Origin: a virus
DNA: 64,000 bases
Virus record (IMG/VR): IMGVR_UViG_3300037875_000559
Coordinates: 1 to 64,000 of that record
Direction: 5' to 3' (one strand)
Positions 37,387-48,347 of this stretch are shown here, in pieces. The notes below the pieces were generated by a model that searched no databases, was not told the DNA's origin, and worked only from the letters and a program-made list of their open reading frames with translations. Position 1 is the first letter of the stretch. Every line of letters begins with the position of its first letter. Made by a program: the position numbers and the translations under genes.

Positions 37387-40300
37387 ATGTCTGTAGATAA
37401 AAGACCATATGCAGGGAATTGGTCACCTGACATTCTTAATTATAAGAGGAAATACACGACTTGGACACCCGATGCGATTGTTCTTTTCAATGGAGACACT
37501 AAGTTACCGGGCTGTAATGAGTGTAAGAATAAAATAGATTTCCAAGCTTTTATTACAAGTGTCAACTGTAGTGGAGGCACAGACTCAGGCTCTTCTTCCG
37601 CAGATATTTCTTTAGCAATACCTTCTCATTATGGAGACAGTATTTTTAAAGATGGAGAATTTCTCTTCCAAACGGGAGTTGAGGTCAACATTTACTACCG
37701 AGGTTTCTTTGAAGTTAGTGGTTTACGTCCTGAAGGAGAGACCGTTTCAGAGAATATAGGTGGGGAGCAAGTTGAGTTTGATCTTAACAAAGTAGAAATG
37801 CGTCCTTACTACCCTGTATTTCATGGAGTAGTCACATCTGTGAGTTACAGCTTTTCGGGTGGTTTTTATTCCGCTTCTCTTTCCTGTGCAAACATTCTTC
37901 ATTTTTGGAACAATCAAAAGATAAGCACATCCGCCGCATATCTGGCTGCAAAACCCTCTGCGAGTCGTGGGTCTGTAAGATTTAATGGTCATGTCTACAC
38001 GAATATGACACCACATCAGATTATCTATGACTTATATAGAGACTCCTCTGGTTCAGCCGATGGTGTAGGGTGGACATTCTCTAGGAAATCCAATATGACA
38101 GGAAAGACACAACTAGAGGGTAGGTCTGAAAGTCTTTATTCTCTTTCTTTGTTGTATTGGAACAGTCGCTTTGCACAAGGAGCTTATTCTTTAAGAATGT
38201 ACGGAGCATCGGGGGCAGTATATACAGGGCTTCAAACAACGTACTTGGGAAATAAGATAGCTACTTCTAAGAAGCTACAGAAGTTGAGTACATCGGCAAA
38301 GAAATCTAACGCCGCTCAAGAGTTTCAAACTGAGTATGCAATCAAACTTTCGGAGAGAGATGAGAAGCTCAGAGTATTGAGACAACCTGATGGTGATTAT
38401 CTCCCTGCACTCCCTGGTTCTAAAACAGGTGTTTCCGTAGCAGATCAGAAATCTTTTATTACAGATATTTCTGCAATGGGTAGCTTTGAGTTGTTCGATA
38501 CTCAATATGACACGAAATTAGGAATTGCAAGTCAAGTCGCAGACAAAGCAGGTTATGAGTTTTATCAAGATGTAGATGGGTCTTTGGTATTCAAGCCCCC
38601 CTTCTATAACCTAGATACGAGTTCTAGTCGTGTATATAGAATAGAGAATGAGGATATTCTTGATATTTCTTTTGAAAACCAAGAGCCTGAGTATACATAT
38701 GCAGTGTGTAAGGGAGGCTTATTCAGAAATACCGCAGGGCTTGGTATGGAAGGTACTTGGGGTGTTAAGAGCACCTATGTCGATTATAGGCTTGTTGCGA
38801 AATATGGTTGGAAAGCTTTAGAGTTTGACACGACTTTCTTTAATAACAAGACAGCAGCTTACTATGCGGCAGTTGTGGAGCTAGAGAAATCGAATGTAAA
38901 TGTGAATGGGTGTAGTGTAACTATTCCTTTAAGACCAGAGATGAGACCCGGCTATCCTGTTTACATCCCCTACATAGATTGCTTTTATTATGTTACGGCA
39001 ATAAGTCATTCTTTCTCTTTTGGTTCAGACTGTACGACAAGTTTAACTTTGACAGCTCGAAGAAAGAAGTTCCATGCTCCTGCAACTTCATCTAAAAATG
39101 GAATAGAAAGTGTAGACTTAGGTAACCCTGCTCTACCTCCCAAGAGACTCATTTTTAAAGATCAGAGAGGGCATTATAATACAATAGGTTTTCCTAATGT
39201 AGTTATGGCTCTCGACCCAACTAAAGTGAATCCAAACCATTCTTTCTTTAGGTTTGATTTCCATGAGGGGCTTGTCTCTAACAACAGTAAACTTAGAAGA
39301 GCATTTAAGAATGCTCTTATTTTGCAAGCGTATGAGATGAAGATACTAACTCTTTCAAGCTCGGCTAGTGCTGATCCAAATGACGATGGTTTCTTTAATG
39401 GTCCTTGGACTTTGAGTATAGAGGGCGAAAATGGTGGGGCAGAGACAATTAAACTTGGAAGAGAAGTTAGGAGAGTACCTATTTATAAAAAAAACCAAGC
39501 GGGGAAAAAAGTAAAATCAGGAAGGTCTAAAACAGTTGGAGTGGATATTAAAGGCACTTCAGCACTAAGGGGACTCGCTCAGGCAAGAGACAAAAAGATT
39601 TCAGACGCTATGAAAAATAGAAATAAAGCAGACTTTGGTGAAGTAGATAAAGAAGCTAGAGAAGCATATTATAAAGCAAGAAATGATCTTAAAGGGGGAG
39701 ATAATTTTACAGTAATAGACTTAATCGACCTTGTTCAAGATAGTAATCCAAGTGGGGGTCAACCTGACAGTGATAATTCTGCAAGCACTGCTAATATTCT
39801 TAAGTTGTTGGACGACAAGAAATCTTCTTTCAACCCCAATGTGCCAGGCTACTATCGCTATTACTCTAGTTCACACCCGAAACCTGAACATCAAGCTCCA
39901 CTTGATATGGTAGTAGACCCAGAAACTAATAAACTTACGAGTTTAGACCCACAACTCTTGGTTGATGGGGTAGAAGGTTTTGTAATAAAGGATAAGAAGA
40001 CTACCCCCGCATTACCTGACGAAGTTGTAGTACAGAAAGAGACTATCAAGAGAGGTTTTAAAACTAAGACTAAGTATTCTAAGGCAGAGCCAGAAATAGT
40101 CCCTACGAAAGACATCCTTCATCTTTCTTTCCAATATCATGGTGCTTACAAGAAGAAGGGGATTTATACTGACGCTATTAAAGTGAAGCGTAGTCCTAAG
40201 AGTATAATAAGAGACATTAGAAAGGCAGTTACAAGCGGAGTAAATAGGGCTTTCAAGGGAAAGAAATCTATTCTATCTAGTGCTTTAGTGCTGAGTGTAT

Positions 40301-41361
40301 TTCCTAATACAGGCCAAAAAAGTCAAGCTCTAGGAAACCAGTTGAAAACCGCTCAAGTTCGATTTAAGGATGAGCATATCTCTATTACGGATAAACACAA
40401 AACTGTTGTTCCTAAAGACAAGAGAGGGATTATTTCTCAAACTATTAAAGGGGTAGTCGCAGGAGTTAAATCCGACCATGCACCTATTTTCATAAATATG
40501 AAAAATCTTACAGAAGCACAGTATAAAACAGAGGTAAACAAGATTGTTCTAGACCTAACTCTAATCTTTGGGGTAACAAACATAAAAGGTTCAAAAGGTA
40601 TTTCGGGGAAATCCAGAGTAGGAGAGACCAATAAGTTTAATGGTTATGTCTCACCCATATTTCCTATTTCTGATGAAAAAGGTTATGAGGTTTTCGGGGC
40701 ATATCAATATGGTAGAGGTTTGGACATAATCCCCAATGGGGAGTTTGATTCACTCTTAAAAAGAGATGCTACTTTGCTTCTCACAAATACTGAGTCAGAC
40801 CAACTTCTTGAGGGGGTGAAAGAAGGGAATGGACGATTCGCCTATCTTACCGTAGCAGGAGCTGTTTACAAGAGACTCAATGGAGACGGTGCATCAATAG
40901 GGCAGGAGTTAAAAGACGTTTATTTCAGACTGACAGGAAAAGAGGCTCCAGGTGAAAAAAAGAACTTAATTAGAGGTATTGCTACTGCCTTAGAAAAATC
41001 GGATCGTGGAGATCAAATTGTAGTGAACACACCGACAAGGTTGAGAGATCTACGACCTTTATTACAAGAGAAAGAGGCGTGTGATTGTCGTGCAGATAAC
41101 GCAGACATTCAGATTATTTTGGCAGAGGAGTTCCTTCAACCTGTTGAAGGAGAGGAACAAGAGAGTGCAATCGTAAGAGCACAGAAAGCCAAGATAGAGA
41201 GCAAAGTAAAAGATTGGTCAGACAGACAAGCTTCTCTTCAAGGAGAAACAGAGTCTTCTTCTTCAGCTTTACCTACAAACATTGGTAGTAGAATAGAGGG
41301 GGCGATTAAAGACTTTAAGTCTCTGAGTGATTTCCCATTACCTAAGCCACCAAAGGATTAA
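37387..41361 (+). CDS. Baseplate hub protein with long C-terminal extension
   Basis: YEFYQDVDGSLVFKPPFYN and PLRPEMRPGYPVY...YYVTAISHSF hub-like motifs. Confidence 0.7.
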   Translation: MSVDKRPYAGNWSPDILNYKRKYTTWTPDAIVLFNGDTKLPGCNECKNKIDFQAFITSVNCSGGTDSGSSSADISLAIPSHYGDSIFKDGEFLFQTGVEVNIYYRGFFEVSGLRPEGETVSENIGGEQVEFDLNKVEMRPYYPVFHGVVTSVSYSFSGGFYSASLSCANILHFWNNQKISTSAAYLAAKPSASRGSVRFNGHVYTNMTPHQIIYDLYRDSSGSADGVGWTFSRKSNMTGKTQLEGRSESLYSLSLLYWNSRFAQGAYSLRMYGASGAVYTGLQTTYLGNKIATSKKLQKLSTSAKKSNAAQEFQTEYAIKLSERDEKLRVLRQPDGDYLPALPGSKTGVSVADQKSFITDISAMGSFELFDTQYDTKLGIASQVADKAGYEFYQDVDGSLVFKPPFYNLDTSSSRVYRIENEDILDISFENQEPEYTYAVCKGGLFRNTAGLGMEGTWGVKSTYVDYRLVAKYGWKALEFDTTFFNNKTAAYYAAVVELEKSNVNVNGCSVTIPLRPEMRPGYPVYIPYIDCFYYVTAISHSFSFGSDCTTSLTLTARRKKFHAPATSSKNGIESVDLGNPALPPKRLIFKDQRGHYNTIGFPNVVMALDPTKVNPNHSFFRFDFHEGLVSNNSKLRRAFKNALILQAYEMKILTLSSSASADPNDDGFFNGPWTLSIEGENGGAETIKLGREVRRVPIYKKNQAGKKVKSGRSKTVGVDIKGTSALRGLAQARDKKISDAMKNRNKADFGEVDKEAREAYYKARNDLKGGDNFTVIDLIDLVQDSNPSGGQPDSDNSASTANILKLLDDKKSSFNPNVPGYYRYYSSSHPKPEHQAPLDMVVDPETNKLTSLDPQLLVDGVEGFVIKDKKTTPALPDEVVVQKETIKRGFKTKTKYSKAEPEIVPTKDILHLSFQYHGAYKKKGIYTDAIKVKRSPKSIIRDIRKAVTSGVNRAFKGKKSILSSALVLSVFPNTGQKSQALGNQLKTAQVRFKDEHISITDKHKTVVPKDKRGIISQTIKGVVAGVKSDHAPIFINMKNLTEAQYKTEVNKIVLDLTLIFGVTNIKGSKGISGKSRVGETNKFNGYVSPIFPISDEKGYEVFGAYQYGRGLDIIPNGEFDSLLKRDATLLLTNTESDQLLEGVKEGNGRFAYLTVAGAVYKRLNGDGASIGQELKDVYFRLTGKEAPGEKKNLIRGIATALEKSDRGDQIVVNTPTRLRDLRPLLQEKEACDCRADNADIQIILAEEFLQPVEGEEQESAIVRAQKAKIESKVKDWSDRQASLQGETESSSSALPTNIGSRIEGAIKDFKSLSDFPLPKPPKD

Positions 41362-41366
41362 GAAAT

Positions 41367-43679
41367 ATGAGTCCAAAAAATCCTGTTAGCAGAGCTAAAA
41401 TGTCAGCCAATGAGCTGAACTTAGAAATAAAAACAAGAGCACCTAGAAGTAAAGATCCAGGAAATAACTTTGGTTTAGCTATAGCGAGAATTACACATGT
41501 CTATTGGGAAGAAATGCGTGTTTCCATAGAGACTGTATTCGGAGATTCTGATAGGACACCTTATAATGGTGTAGAAATAACTCAAGCTTCTATTGGGTCT
41601 AGACATTTCTTAGGGGCAATGCCCGAAATAGGGGATTTCTGCGTTGTGGGTTGGTTTGGAGCTAATACAGGAGGCGGAGCAGGAAAGAAATCGCCTGCTA
41701 TTCTTTCTTGGATGCCTAGACCTTCTTATTTCGGCTATGATTGGCTTCCTGTTCAAGACTATGGCTCTGATGAGGGTGTGATGGAAACACCTGCTCAAAG
41801 AGAAGAAATAGAGTCTCATGCAAATCGCTTAAGGTTTAAGATGAGACATTGGGAGCCAGGGATGGTGGGTGCGAGTTCATCTCAAGGTTCAGATTTAGTA
41901 TTAGACGAGAGTGTCTTACTGACAAACCGAAGAGCAAATGAAATCTTACTTAGAGATCAAGACCAAGCGATTGTAATGAGGTCTCTTCAACAGTTTCATG
42001 CTATGTCAGGAGCTAGGATTTATGGTGGCATGGTACAGAGAGATGCTCAAATGCTTCCTAAAGAAATGGTGTATGAAGATACTCTTTGGGATATCAAAGA
42101 AGTCTTAGACGAAGATGGGTTTCCTGCTGAGAACACAGATACAGACCAAGATAAAATAGGACACCTGAATCCACACCCATTATTTCTTAAAGGTACAGAT
42201 GGTAAGACAGACATAGAGAGAGAGCGAGGGGATACACTCCCTTCTACAATCGACCCATATTCTTTCTTTCTTGATGCGGGGGTTATTTCTTCTGATGGAC
42301 AAGTTCTTTTCGATTACGACAAGGGTGTAGTCTATGGGGGCAAATCTATCCTCAGAATAAACAAGGTCGGGGATTCAGCAACTACAGAGTCTTTGACAGA
42401 ATATCGTGTTGAGCTTTCCCATACTTCTAAAGGTACACTACCTGTAACAGAGGAGACAGATGGCTTTGATGTAGATAAGCAGGAAGACAAAGAGCGATAC
42501 ATTGAAAATGTGTTAGGTTCTGTCGTAGGTAATGACCCTTTCGGAGATGAATCTGAGCTATATGGCATACCACTAAAAGCAGTGGTGGATGATGAGGGTG
42601 CTAGAATTGAAGCCGAGACTTCGGAACTAGGAGATCAAAGTGCTACTTTGTTCAGATTATTTCCGATAGATGAGCCGGAACAGTCTGCGACTTTCACATC
42701 TTTCAAAAAAGATGGTTCGTTTATAGCAAGTATAGGTTCGCTATCTTCTGAAGCAGTGAACATAAATGTTGAGGGTGGTTTAAAAGTACGCTCAAGGACT
42801 ACTACAGAAATAAAAGCATCTAAAGTTAGTCTTGTCGGTGGAGTAGACGAGGGAGACGGGGTGGAGATTTCATCGGGTCAAGGTGTAGTTGTAATCAAAG
42901 GTGAGGGCAGTCAAGAAATAGGGGGTCAAGGTTTAGGTTCAGATTTAAAGAAGACTAGTATTTCTTTGCAAGCGAAAAAGAGTATTTCTTTACAGTCTAG
43001 TACTGCGATAGTAATGGATGCTCCGATGGTTGACTTTTCAAACGTGAAGAGTTTCAACTTTTCAGCTCAAGACCAAATGGCTTTAAAAGGCGGAAGACAA
43101 GTAAAGATAGACACCGAGAACTTGCTTGTGAACTCATCAGGACCAAAAAGAGAACTTATTTCTGGCCCAAGCCAAGGTATACCGATAAACGATCAGGGTG
43201 AGAGTAAGATAATCGCTTGTTCTCCTGCTACGGGTTCTGTAGGTGGTGTTGTTAAGAATACGACACTTGTAGCAGGCGATGAGCTAAAGACTCAGATAGG
43301 TCCGGGAAACAACACTACGTTGATGAGTGCAGGTACACATTCAACTGCGGTTGGGACAGGGGCTATTTCTCAAACTGTGGGTGTGAATAATACACTAACG
43401 AGTCCTGTGGGTGTGGTTCAGACTTTAGGAGCAGGCAACTCGATAGTGAATGTGTCTACAGGAGCACACAGTGTGAACTCAACTGTTGCAATAGGTATGC
43501 GAACAGTAGGTGTGGCTAATCTTTCGGGAGCGTCTTTAGTTTTAGAAGCTACTGCAAGCCCGTCTGTTGTAGGCCCTATAATGTGTGGTTCAGATATCCA
43601 CCCTTTGATAGGACTACCTTATGCCGCTCTAGGTATGTTGCCTAGATCCCAGGTTTTAGCACCGAAGGTTGCCCCTTAA
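41367..43679 (+). CDS. Baseplate central spike (gp5/gpV/VgrG-like)
   Basis: OB-fold GAMPEIGDFCVVGW, beta-helix-like repeats, terminal HPLIG. Confidence 0.65.
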   Translation: MSPKNPVSRAKMSANELNLEIKTRAPRSKDPGNNFGLAIARITHVYWEEMRVSIETVFGDSDRTPYNGVEITQASIGSRHFLGAMPEIGDFCVVGWFGANTGGGAGKKSPAILSWMPRPSYFGYDWLPVQDYGSDEGVMETPAQREEIESHANRLRFKMRHWEPGMVGASSSQGSDLVLDESVLLTNRRANEILLRDQDQAIVMRSLQQFHAMSGARIYGGMVQRDAQMLPKEMVYEDTLWDIKEVLDEDGFPAENTDTDQDKIGHLNPHPLFLKGTDGKTDIERERGDTLPSTIDPYSFFLDAGVISSDGQVLFDYDKGVVYGGKSILRINKVGDSATTESLTEYRVELSHTSKGTLPVTEETDGFDVDKQEDKERYIENVLGSVVGNDPFGDESELYGIPLKAVVDDEGARIEAETSELGDQSATLFRLFPIDEPEQSATFTSFKKDGSFIASIGSLSSEAVNINVEGGLKVRSRTTTEIKASKVSLVGGVDEGDGVEISSGQGVVVIKGEGSQEIGGQGLGSDLKKTSISLQAKKSISLQSSTAIVMDAPMVDFSNVKSFNFSAQDQMALKGGRQVKIDTENLLVNSSGPKRELISGPSQGIPINDQGESKIIACSPATGSVGGVVKNTTLVAGDELKTQIGPGNNTTLMSAGTHSTAVGTGAISQTVGVNNTLTSPVGVVQTLGAGNSIVNVSTGAHSVNSTVAIGMRTVGVANLSGASLVLEATASPSVVGPIMCGSDIHPLIGLPYAALGMLPRSQVLAPKVAP

Positions 43680-43689
43680 TAGCCTTCTT

Positions 43690-43956
43690 TTATATCAAGT
43701 CTTGGTACATCTCTCTTAAAGTCTCGACTATTTCTCTAAAGTCATTCGTCTTAGTTTCAAAAGCAGGCACTTTTATTTCATATTCTCCGTTTATTTCGCA
43801 GTAAACAACTACATCGTCAGGAAACTGATCTTCTTTGAGAAGGAGTTGGTATTTCATACCTGTGAGAGTTTTGGAATCAAACTCAAGTTTAATTCCAAAA
43901 CCACTCGATGAGAGTATTTGGTCAGAGATTATATTTGCTTTTTCTTTTGCTTGCAT
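43690..43956 (-). CDS. Hypothetical protein
   Basis: ORF in a minus-strand run. Confidence 0.55.
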   Translation of the reverse strand: MQAKEKANIISDQILSSSGFGIKLEFDSKTLTGMKYQLLLKEDQFPDDVVVYCEINGEYEIKVPAFETKTNDFREIVETLREMYQDLI

Positions 43957-43973
43957 ACCTTCGTATATTTCTT

Positions 43974-44480
43974 TCAGATTGAGGATAAGATCGAAGCTTC
44001 TTCATTGTCCCAAAGGATTTCTCCTTGAGATAACTTGGCGTGAAGAAGTTTAAGCCTGGCATCGCTTTGGAATCGGGGGCTTGAAGAAATAGCTGACATC
44101 CACTTGGTCTTATACAGATCACGATCAGCGATCTTTTCGTAGAATGTGTGCTTACTCATATACTCTTTTTTCCAATGAGAAATACCTTCCGCCCAAGTGG
44201 TCTTCCAATTAGTAGTCCTCTTGAAGTGCTTTCGATCTCTCGCCTTTCGATTAAGAGTCCAACCATTGACTCTACTAACGAGAGTCAAGTTCATGGAAGC
44301 GAACCCCTTCGTAACGCAGTTGTCGTTTTTGGTTTGAGTAGAAGAAAGTTTGATAGCCACTTTGGGGCTAAGGACAATAAAATAGATTCCTTGCTTATCT
44401 AAATCTCTTGTCCAAGAATAATTCTTGGCGTTGAGCCACGTTTCAAGTTCAGTTCGGCTAATATTAGTGTACGACATCAT
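43974..44480 (-). CDS. Hypothetical basic protein
   Basis: SD GGAG. Confidence 0.6.
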   Translation of the reverse strand: MMSYTNISRTELETWLNAKNYSWTRDLDKQGIYFIVLSPKVAIKLSSTQTKNDNCVTKGFASMNLTLVSRVNGWTLNRKARDRKHFKRTTNWKTTWAEGISHWKKEYMSKHTFYEKIADRDLYKTKWMSAISSSPRFQSDARLKLLHAKLSQGEILWDNEEASILSSI

Positions 44481-44501
44481 TACGCTCCATTTGTTTGGTG
44501 T

Positions 44502-45404
44502 TTAGAGGTTTTCTAGGAAATCATCAAAGTTATCAGACACATTGTCTTGTTCTACATTCTTCACGGGGGGTGTGGAGTCCAGGTTTTTTTCCTTTTTCCA
44601 CTTTAAGAATTGATCTCGGTTATCTTCATATTCTTTAAAGAGAGCAAAGTTCTCTTTGTCCATAGCGTTTATGGACCAGTACTCTCTAGTCTCTTCACCT
44701 TCGGGACAAACTTTGGCTTGTTTTTTAGTGTTGTGTAGATCTTCGGGGAGAAGACAAGTCCAATATCCCTCTTTATTAGAAAGAGGCACAGCATATACTG
44801 AAACATGGACTTCGGTGATCTCTACTTGTTTGACAGATTGGTCTGCACATTTAGCCCAAAATACATCTCCTTTTCTTGGTATTTCTGTTTCTTTAGAAAT
44901 AACACTACCCTTTATGTTTTTAGGTTGAGTCACATTTATTTTAACAAGACCAGAACCTGAAACATAGTCATCGGGATAGAAGCCCTTCTTATCTCTCTTG
45001 GGTTCTCTGACTGTCTCAGGCACGACTTCTTTTGTTTGAGATGGAGTTTGACTTTTGCTCTGTTTCTTTGTGTCTTTTTGATATGCTTCGTTTAAGCCTA
45101 GTACTTTACTTTCACCAAGAGCGTTATTGAGTAGCTCCACTTCAATATTCAAATCCATGATAGAGGTTTGTTTTTTAGAGCCTGCGACAAGAATGGTTTT
45201 TGATGCGAGAGCTTTATCGTCTCTATGGAATACCCCTAGTTTTTCTCCATGTTCTAAGAGTAAGTTCCAACGAGCATTTCCCATTTTTTTAATGCCCAAT
45301 GCCTTACACGCATATTTCTTCCAATGGTCTGCTTTTTTTCTTTTCCCTTTGTCACTCTTCAGTGCGTCTAAAACTGCATTGCAGGCTTTTGTTTGTATGT
45401 CCAT
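44502..45404 (-). CDS. Hypothetical protein
   Basis: Start reassigned to MDIQTK (SD AAGGAG); acidic end DNFDDFLENL. Confidence 0.6.
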   Translation of the reverse strand: MDIQTKACNAVLDALKSDKGKRKKADHWKKYACKALGIKKMGNARWNLLLEHGEKLGVFHRDDKALASKTILVAGSKKQTSIMDLNIEVELLNNALGESKVLGLNEAYQKDTKKQSKSQTPSQTKEVVPETVREPKRDKKGFYPDDYVSGSGLVKINVTQPKNIKGSVISKETEIPRKGDVFWAKCADQSVKQVEITEVHVSVYAVPLSNKEGYWTCLLPEDLHNTKKQAKVCPEGEETREYWSINAMDKENFALFKEYEDNRDQFLKWKKEKNLDSTPPVKNVEQDNVSDNFDDFLENL

Positions 45405-46017
45405 ATGTTGGTGTCTCCTTGTGTGAGAAAATAAAAAGATGACTTTCGTCTTCGACAATATGTGTAGCATCTCTAAACATAGACGTATCTTTGTAGCCTA
45501 TTTCTGTGAGTCTGTACTCTACACCTAGAATTTTATATACGAGTACTTGGTTTGTGGTTTGTGCCTGTTCTTCAGAGTAGAAGCCACATTGTATTGGACT
45601 CTCTAAAATACGAGCGTGGGTCTTGTCTGATTTTAAGCCGATGTCTTTTCTATTTTTGAAAGGACAATAGCCACAGACATTGTACAAGTATTCTATATTC
45701 TTTTCGGAGGGATCTTGATCCAGATTTAAATCGAGACTTTTTTCTTGTGTCTCCCAATGTAAGGGTGGGGACACAGGTTGAGCAGACAACTTAAGGTAAT
45801 GGTTTAAGAATTTACGATAGAGTTCTTCTTCGCTCATAAACTTAGTTCTACCAGAATAGTCAGAAGCCATGTATTTCCTCTCATATGAAGAGAAGGAACT
45901 ATTTCCATGAAAGACTAAGTTGTAAAAACTAGTGTCGTTTTCTATTAGAGAACACACAGGTCGTGTGTACCCTAGATTTCTAATAATTCTTAAATCAGTA
46001 GGGTTGATGTATAACAT
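45352..46017 (-). CDS. Hypothetical protein with CxxC
   Basis: SD AGGAG. Confidence 0.55.
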   Translation of the reverse strand: MLYINPTDLRIIRNLGYTRPVCSLIENDTSFYNLVFHGNSSFSSYERKYMASDYSGRTKFMSEEELYRKFLNHYLKLSAQPVSPPLHWETQEKSLDLNLDQDPSEKNIEYLYNVCGYCPFKNRKDIGLKSDKTHARILESPIQCGFYSEEQAQTTNQVLVYKILGVEYRLTEIGYKDTSMFRDATHIVEDESHLFIFSHKETPTYGHTNKSLQCSFRRTEE

Positions 46018-46068
46018 AGGAGACTCCTAAAGTTTTGTTTACTAACATATCTCGTAAAAGGTTTTAAA

Positions 46069-48021
46069 ATGAGCGTAGACCCAGATAAACTCTCTTCTTT
46101 CTTTCGGGACTTATTTAAACGCCCGACATACCGTATGTCCTTATTTGGGCTTTATAATATTGACCGCAATGGAGACATTGAAGAAATAAAGAATGAAATT
46201 AATGGTTTCATAGACCCTGTTTCTTTGGCAAAAAGAGGATATGCGGGTTTTGTGTGGGATCTTAAAGATTTGGGAAAAAAAGAAATAGTTTTCAAGGGTC
46301 AATCTGCTAGTCCAGGAGACGAGTTGAGTTTGTCTCTCAAAAATAACCAAAAGGCGGGGCTTTTTGCCTCACTAGAAGACCTCAAAGCTATTTTCAACTT
46401 ATTGCGTGTTCGATTTCCTCAGAAATTGGACAATATGCTAAAAACAGCAAAAGCTAATGTGAATCCTATTAGGCAACGATCACAATTCACTTGTGTAACA
46501 ACTTCGACCTGCATGGCATTAAATGCTTTAGGTGTTCAATGTTCAGAAGATGATGTGAACAAGGTCATAGGGGCGAAGCCTATGCAGGGTGCCAGATGGG
46601 AAGAAGTGTTAGCTTGTGCTCAGTATTTTGGAGCAAGAGCAACTTTGACGACACCTGCTACTTTAACACAGGTGAAAGAGTGGACAGACGCAGGTAAACC
46701 CGTTCTTATCGCATGGAATCCTGAAGGTAGGGAGTGGAGTCATGCTAGTCTTATCTTTGATGTTACAGGTGAGAAGGGGAGCTATTTAGTACATATCGCA
46801 GACCCCAATATACCTAACCCTGATAAAACGGTAAGACTCGTAGAAGAAGATGAGTTCTATTCTAAATGGTTTGAAAAATGGCCTAACTATTTAGTGCGAA
46901 GACCTGCTCTGATGTTAGATAGAGAAATAACATCTGACGGAAGACAAGTGATGGCAAGCCAAGAAAAAGAAGCAAGTGCAAGAGACAAACCTCGAACTCT
47001 TAAAGGGGGTACGATTAAAGTACCCATTAGAGGGGGTCATGTCCTTATTTCTCAGTGGGTTTTAGATCATGTAATGCACCACAACGAAGTTGGCTCTGGT
47101 TCTGTGTTTTCAAGTGCTATGGATGAGCGAACTTTGATCAAGTTGGCTCAGAAAGCTCCGATCAAAGGCGACGGAGGGCTACACACTATGAAAGCCAATG
47201 GAGTTGGCTATGACTTAGTTATGTCTATAGAGGAAGCACTTTCTTTACCCGACGCAGTTCAGACTGAGGTAGTAAAGGAGGAGCGAGGTAGGAAAGTGAC
47301 TGTTCCTGCTGTTGAAACATCAGCACCTCTCAGATCATTTCAGACTGACGTAGTTACTTTGATTGTCAAACCTAGTAACCCGAAGTTTTTGCCCGATGAT
47401 GCTAAACGTATACCTGCTATTCTTAAAGATGTTCAAGATGGCAGGTCTTATTCAGTTCTCACTGCATTTCCCGGAGACCCCGATGTGCCTGTGGCTTCTC
47501 AGTGGGGGGGACGTTTTGCAGTTGTGATTCCAAACACTCAAGGTAGAATGGCTTCAGAGAAACCTAACTTCTTTTCTGTGGTAAAAGAAATGACTTCTAC
47601 AGTGAGGCATCTCGGCTATCTTATGACTTTTGATAGAGGTTCTTCAAAAATATGCACGAAAGAGCCTTATCTTGTGTTTAAAATCTCAGTTCCAGGTATC
47701 GGACACTATTCGTTAGACTTTGAAAGAAATAATGTTTCTCTCTATGAGGGAGGAGAGCTTCTAAAATCTTTCACAGATGTTAAAGACTTTCCTGATATTT
47801 TAAGATTTCTTCCTAAACAGCTTGCTGACATGAGTTTAAAACCTCAAGTAAAAGAAATGACAGTCGTAGATGGACACACAGTAGAAGAAATAACTGACCT
47901 ATTAAACTCAGACTTACCTAAGCGAGAGAAAGCACATGAGCTTCAAGATCTTATTCCGTCAACAAAAGACAGATTGAGTAAGACAGATCGAGCGTTAAGA
48001 GAGATGAACAAGATTCTTTAG
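46069..48021 (+). CDS. Multidomain protein containing a C39-like papain-fold peptidase
   Basis: RQRSQFTC...PVLIAW...SHASLI...HIADPN (Q-C-H-D); domains separated by LKTA, KEAS and RMAS. Confidence 0.7.
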   Translation: MSVDPDKLSSFFRDLFKRPTYRMSLFGLYNIDRNGDIEEIKNEINGFIDPVSLAKRGYAGFVWDLKDLGKKEIVFKGQSASPGDELSLSLKNNQKAGLFASLEDLKAIFNLLRVRFPQKLDNMLKTAKANVNPIRQRSQFTCVTTSTCMALNALGVQCSEDDVNKVIGAKPMQGARWEEVLACAQYFGARATLTTPATLTQVKEWTDAGKPVLIAWNPEGREWSHASLIFDVTGEKGSYLVHIADPNIPNPDKTVRLVEEDEFYSKWFEKWPNYLVRRPALMLDREITSDGRQVMASQEKEASARDKPRTLKGGTIKVPIRGGHVLISQWVLDHVMHHNEVGSGSVFSSAMDERTLIKLAQKAPIKGDGGLHTMKANGVGYDLVMSIEEALSLPDAVQTEVVKEERGRKVTVPAVETSAPLRSFQTDVVTLIVKPSNPKFLPDDAKRIPAILKDVQDGRSYSVLTAFPGDPDVPVASQWGGRFAVVIPNTQGRMASEKPNFFSVVKEMTSTVRHLGYLMTFDRGSSKICTKEPYLVFKISVPGIGHYSLDFERNNVSLYEGGELLKSFTDVKDFPDILRFLPKQLADMSLKPQVKEMTVVDGHTVEEITDLLNSDLPKREKAHELQDLIPSTKDRLSKTDRALREMNKIL

Positions 48022-48338
48022 TAGGAAATAACCCCAAAGTATTTCTTCCCTACTATTTCTAACGGGGAGTTTTGGGTTCTTTGTATTGTCCATTCAACAT
48101 AGTATTCTCCCATTGTCATTGAAGTGGGGATAGCTTCGTTGACATAGTGCCTACCTTCAGAGAATCTAGTGGGAATCCTGTTAGGAAGCCCGACTCTCCA
48201 TTTTCCTCTAGTGTTGCTATTTCCGTAGATAGTATAAGAAATAGCGTAGGGGTCAAAAGGATTCCCTTGTTCATCTTTGAACGTGACAAACAAATCCTTT
48301 TCATTGAGTTGTTGTAGTTGTTGGAATGCGACAGCCAT
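48018..48338 (-). CDS. Beta-sandwich structural protein, paralogous to the N-terminal domain of 14602
   Basis: DLFVTF...G....I.Y...RIP....G..Y....IP....G.Y...W aligns by eye. Confidence 0.55.
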   Translation of the reverse strand: MAVAFQQLQQLNEKDLFVTFKDEQGNPFDPYAISYTIYGNSNTRGKWRVGLPNRIPTRFSEGRHYVNEAIPTSMTMGEYYVEWTIQRTQNSPLEIVGKKYFGVISY

Positions 48339-48347
48339 TTTATTTCC

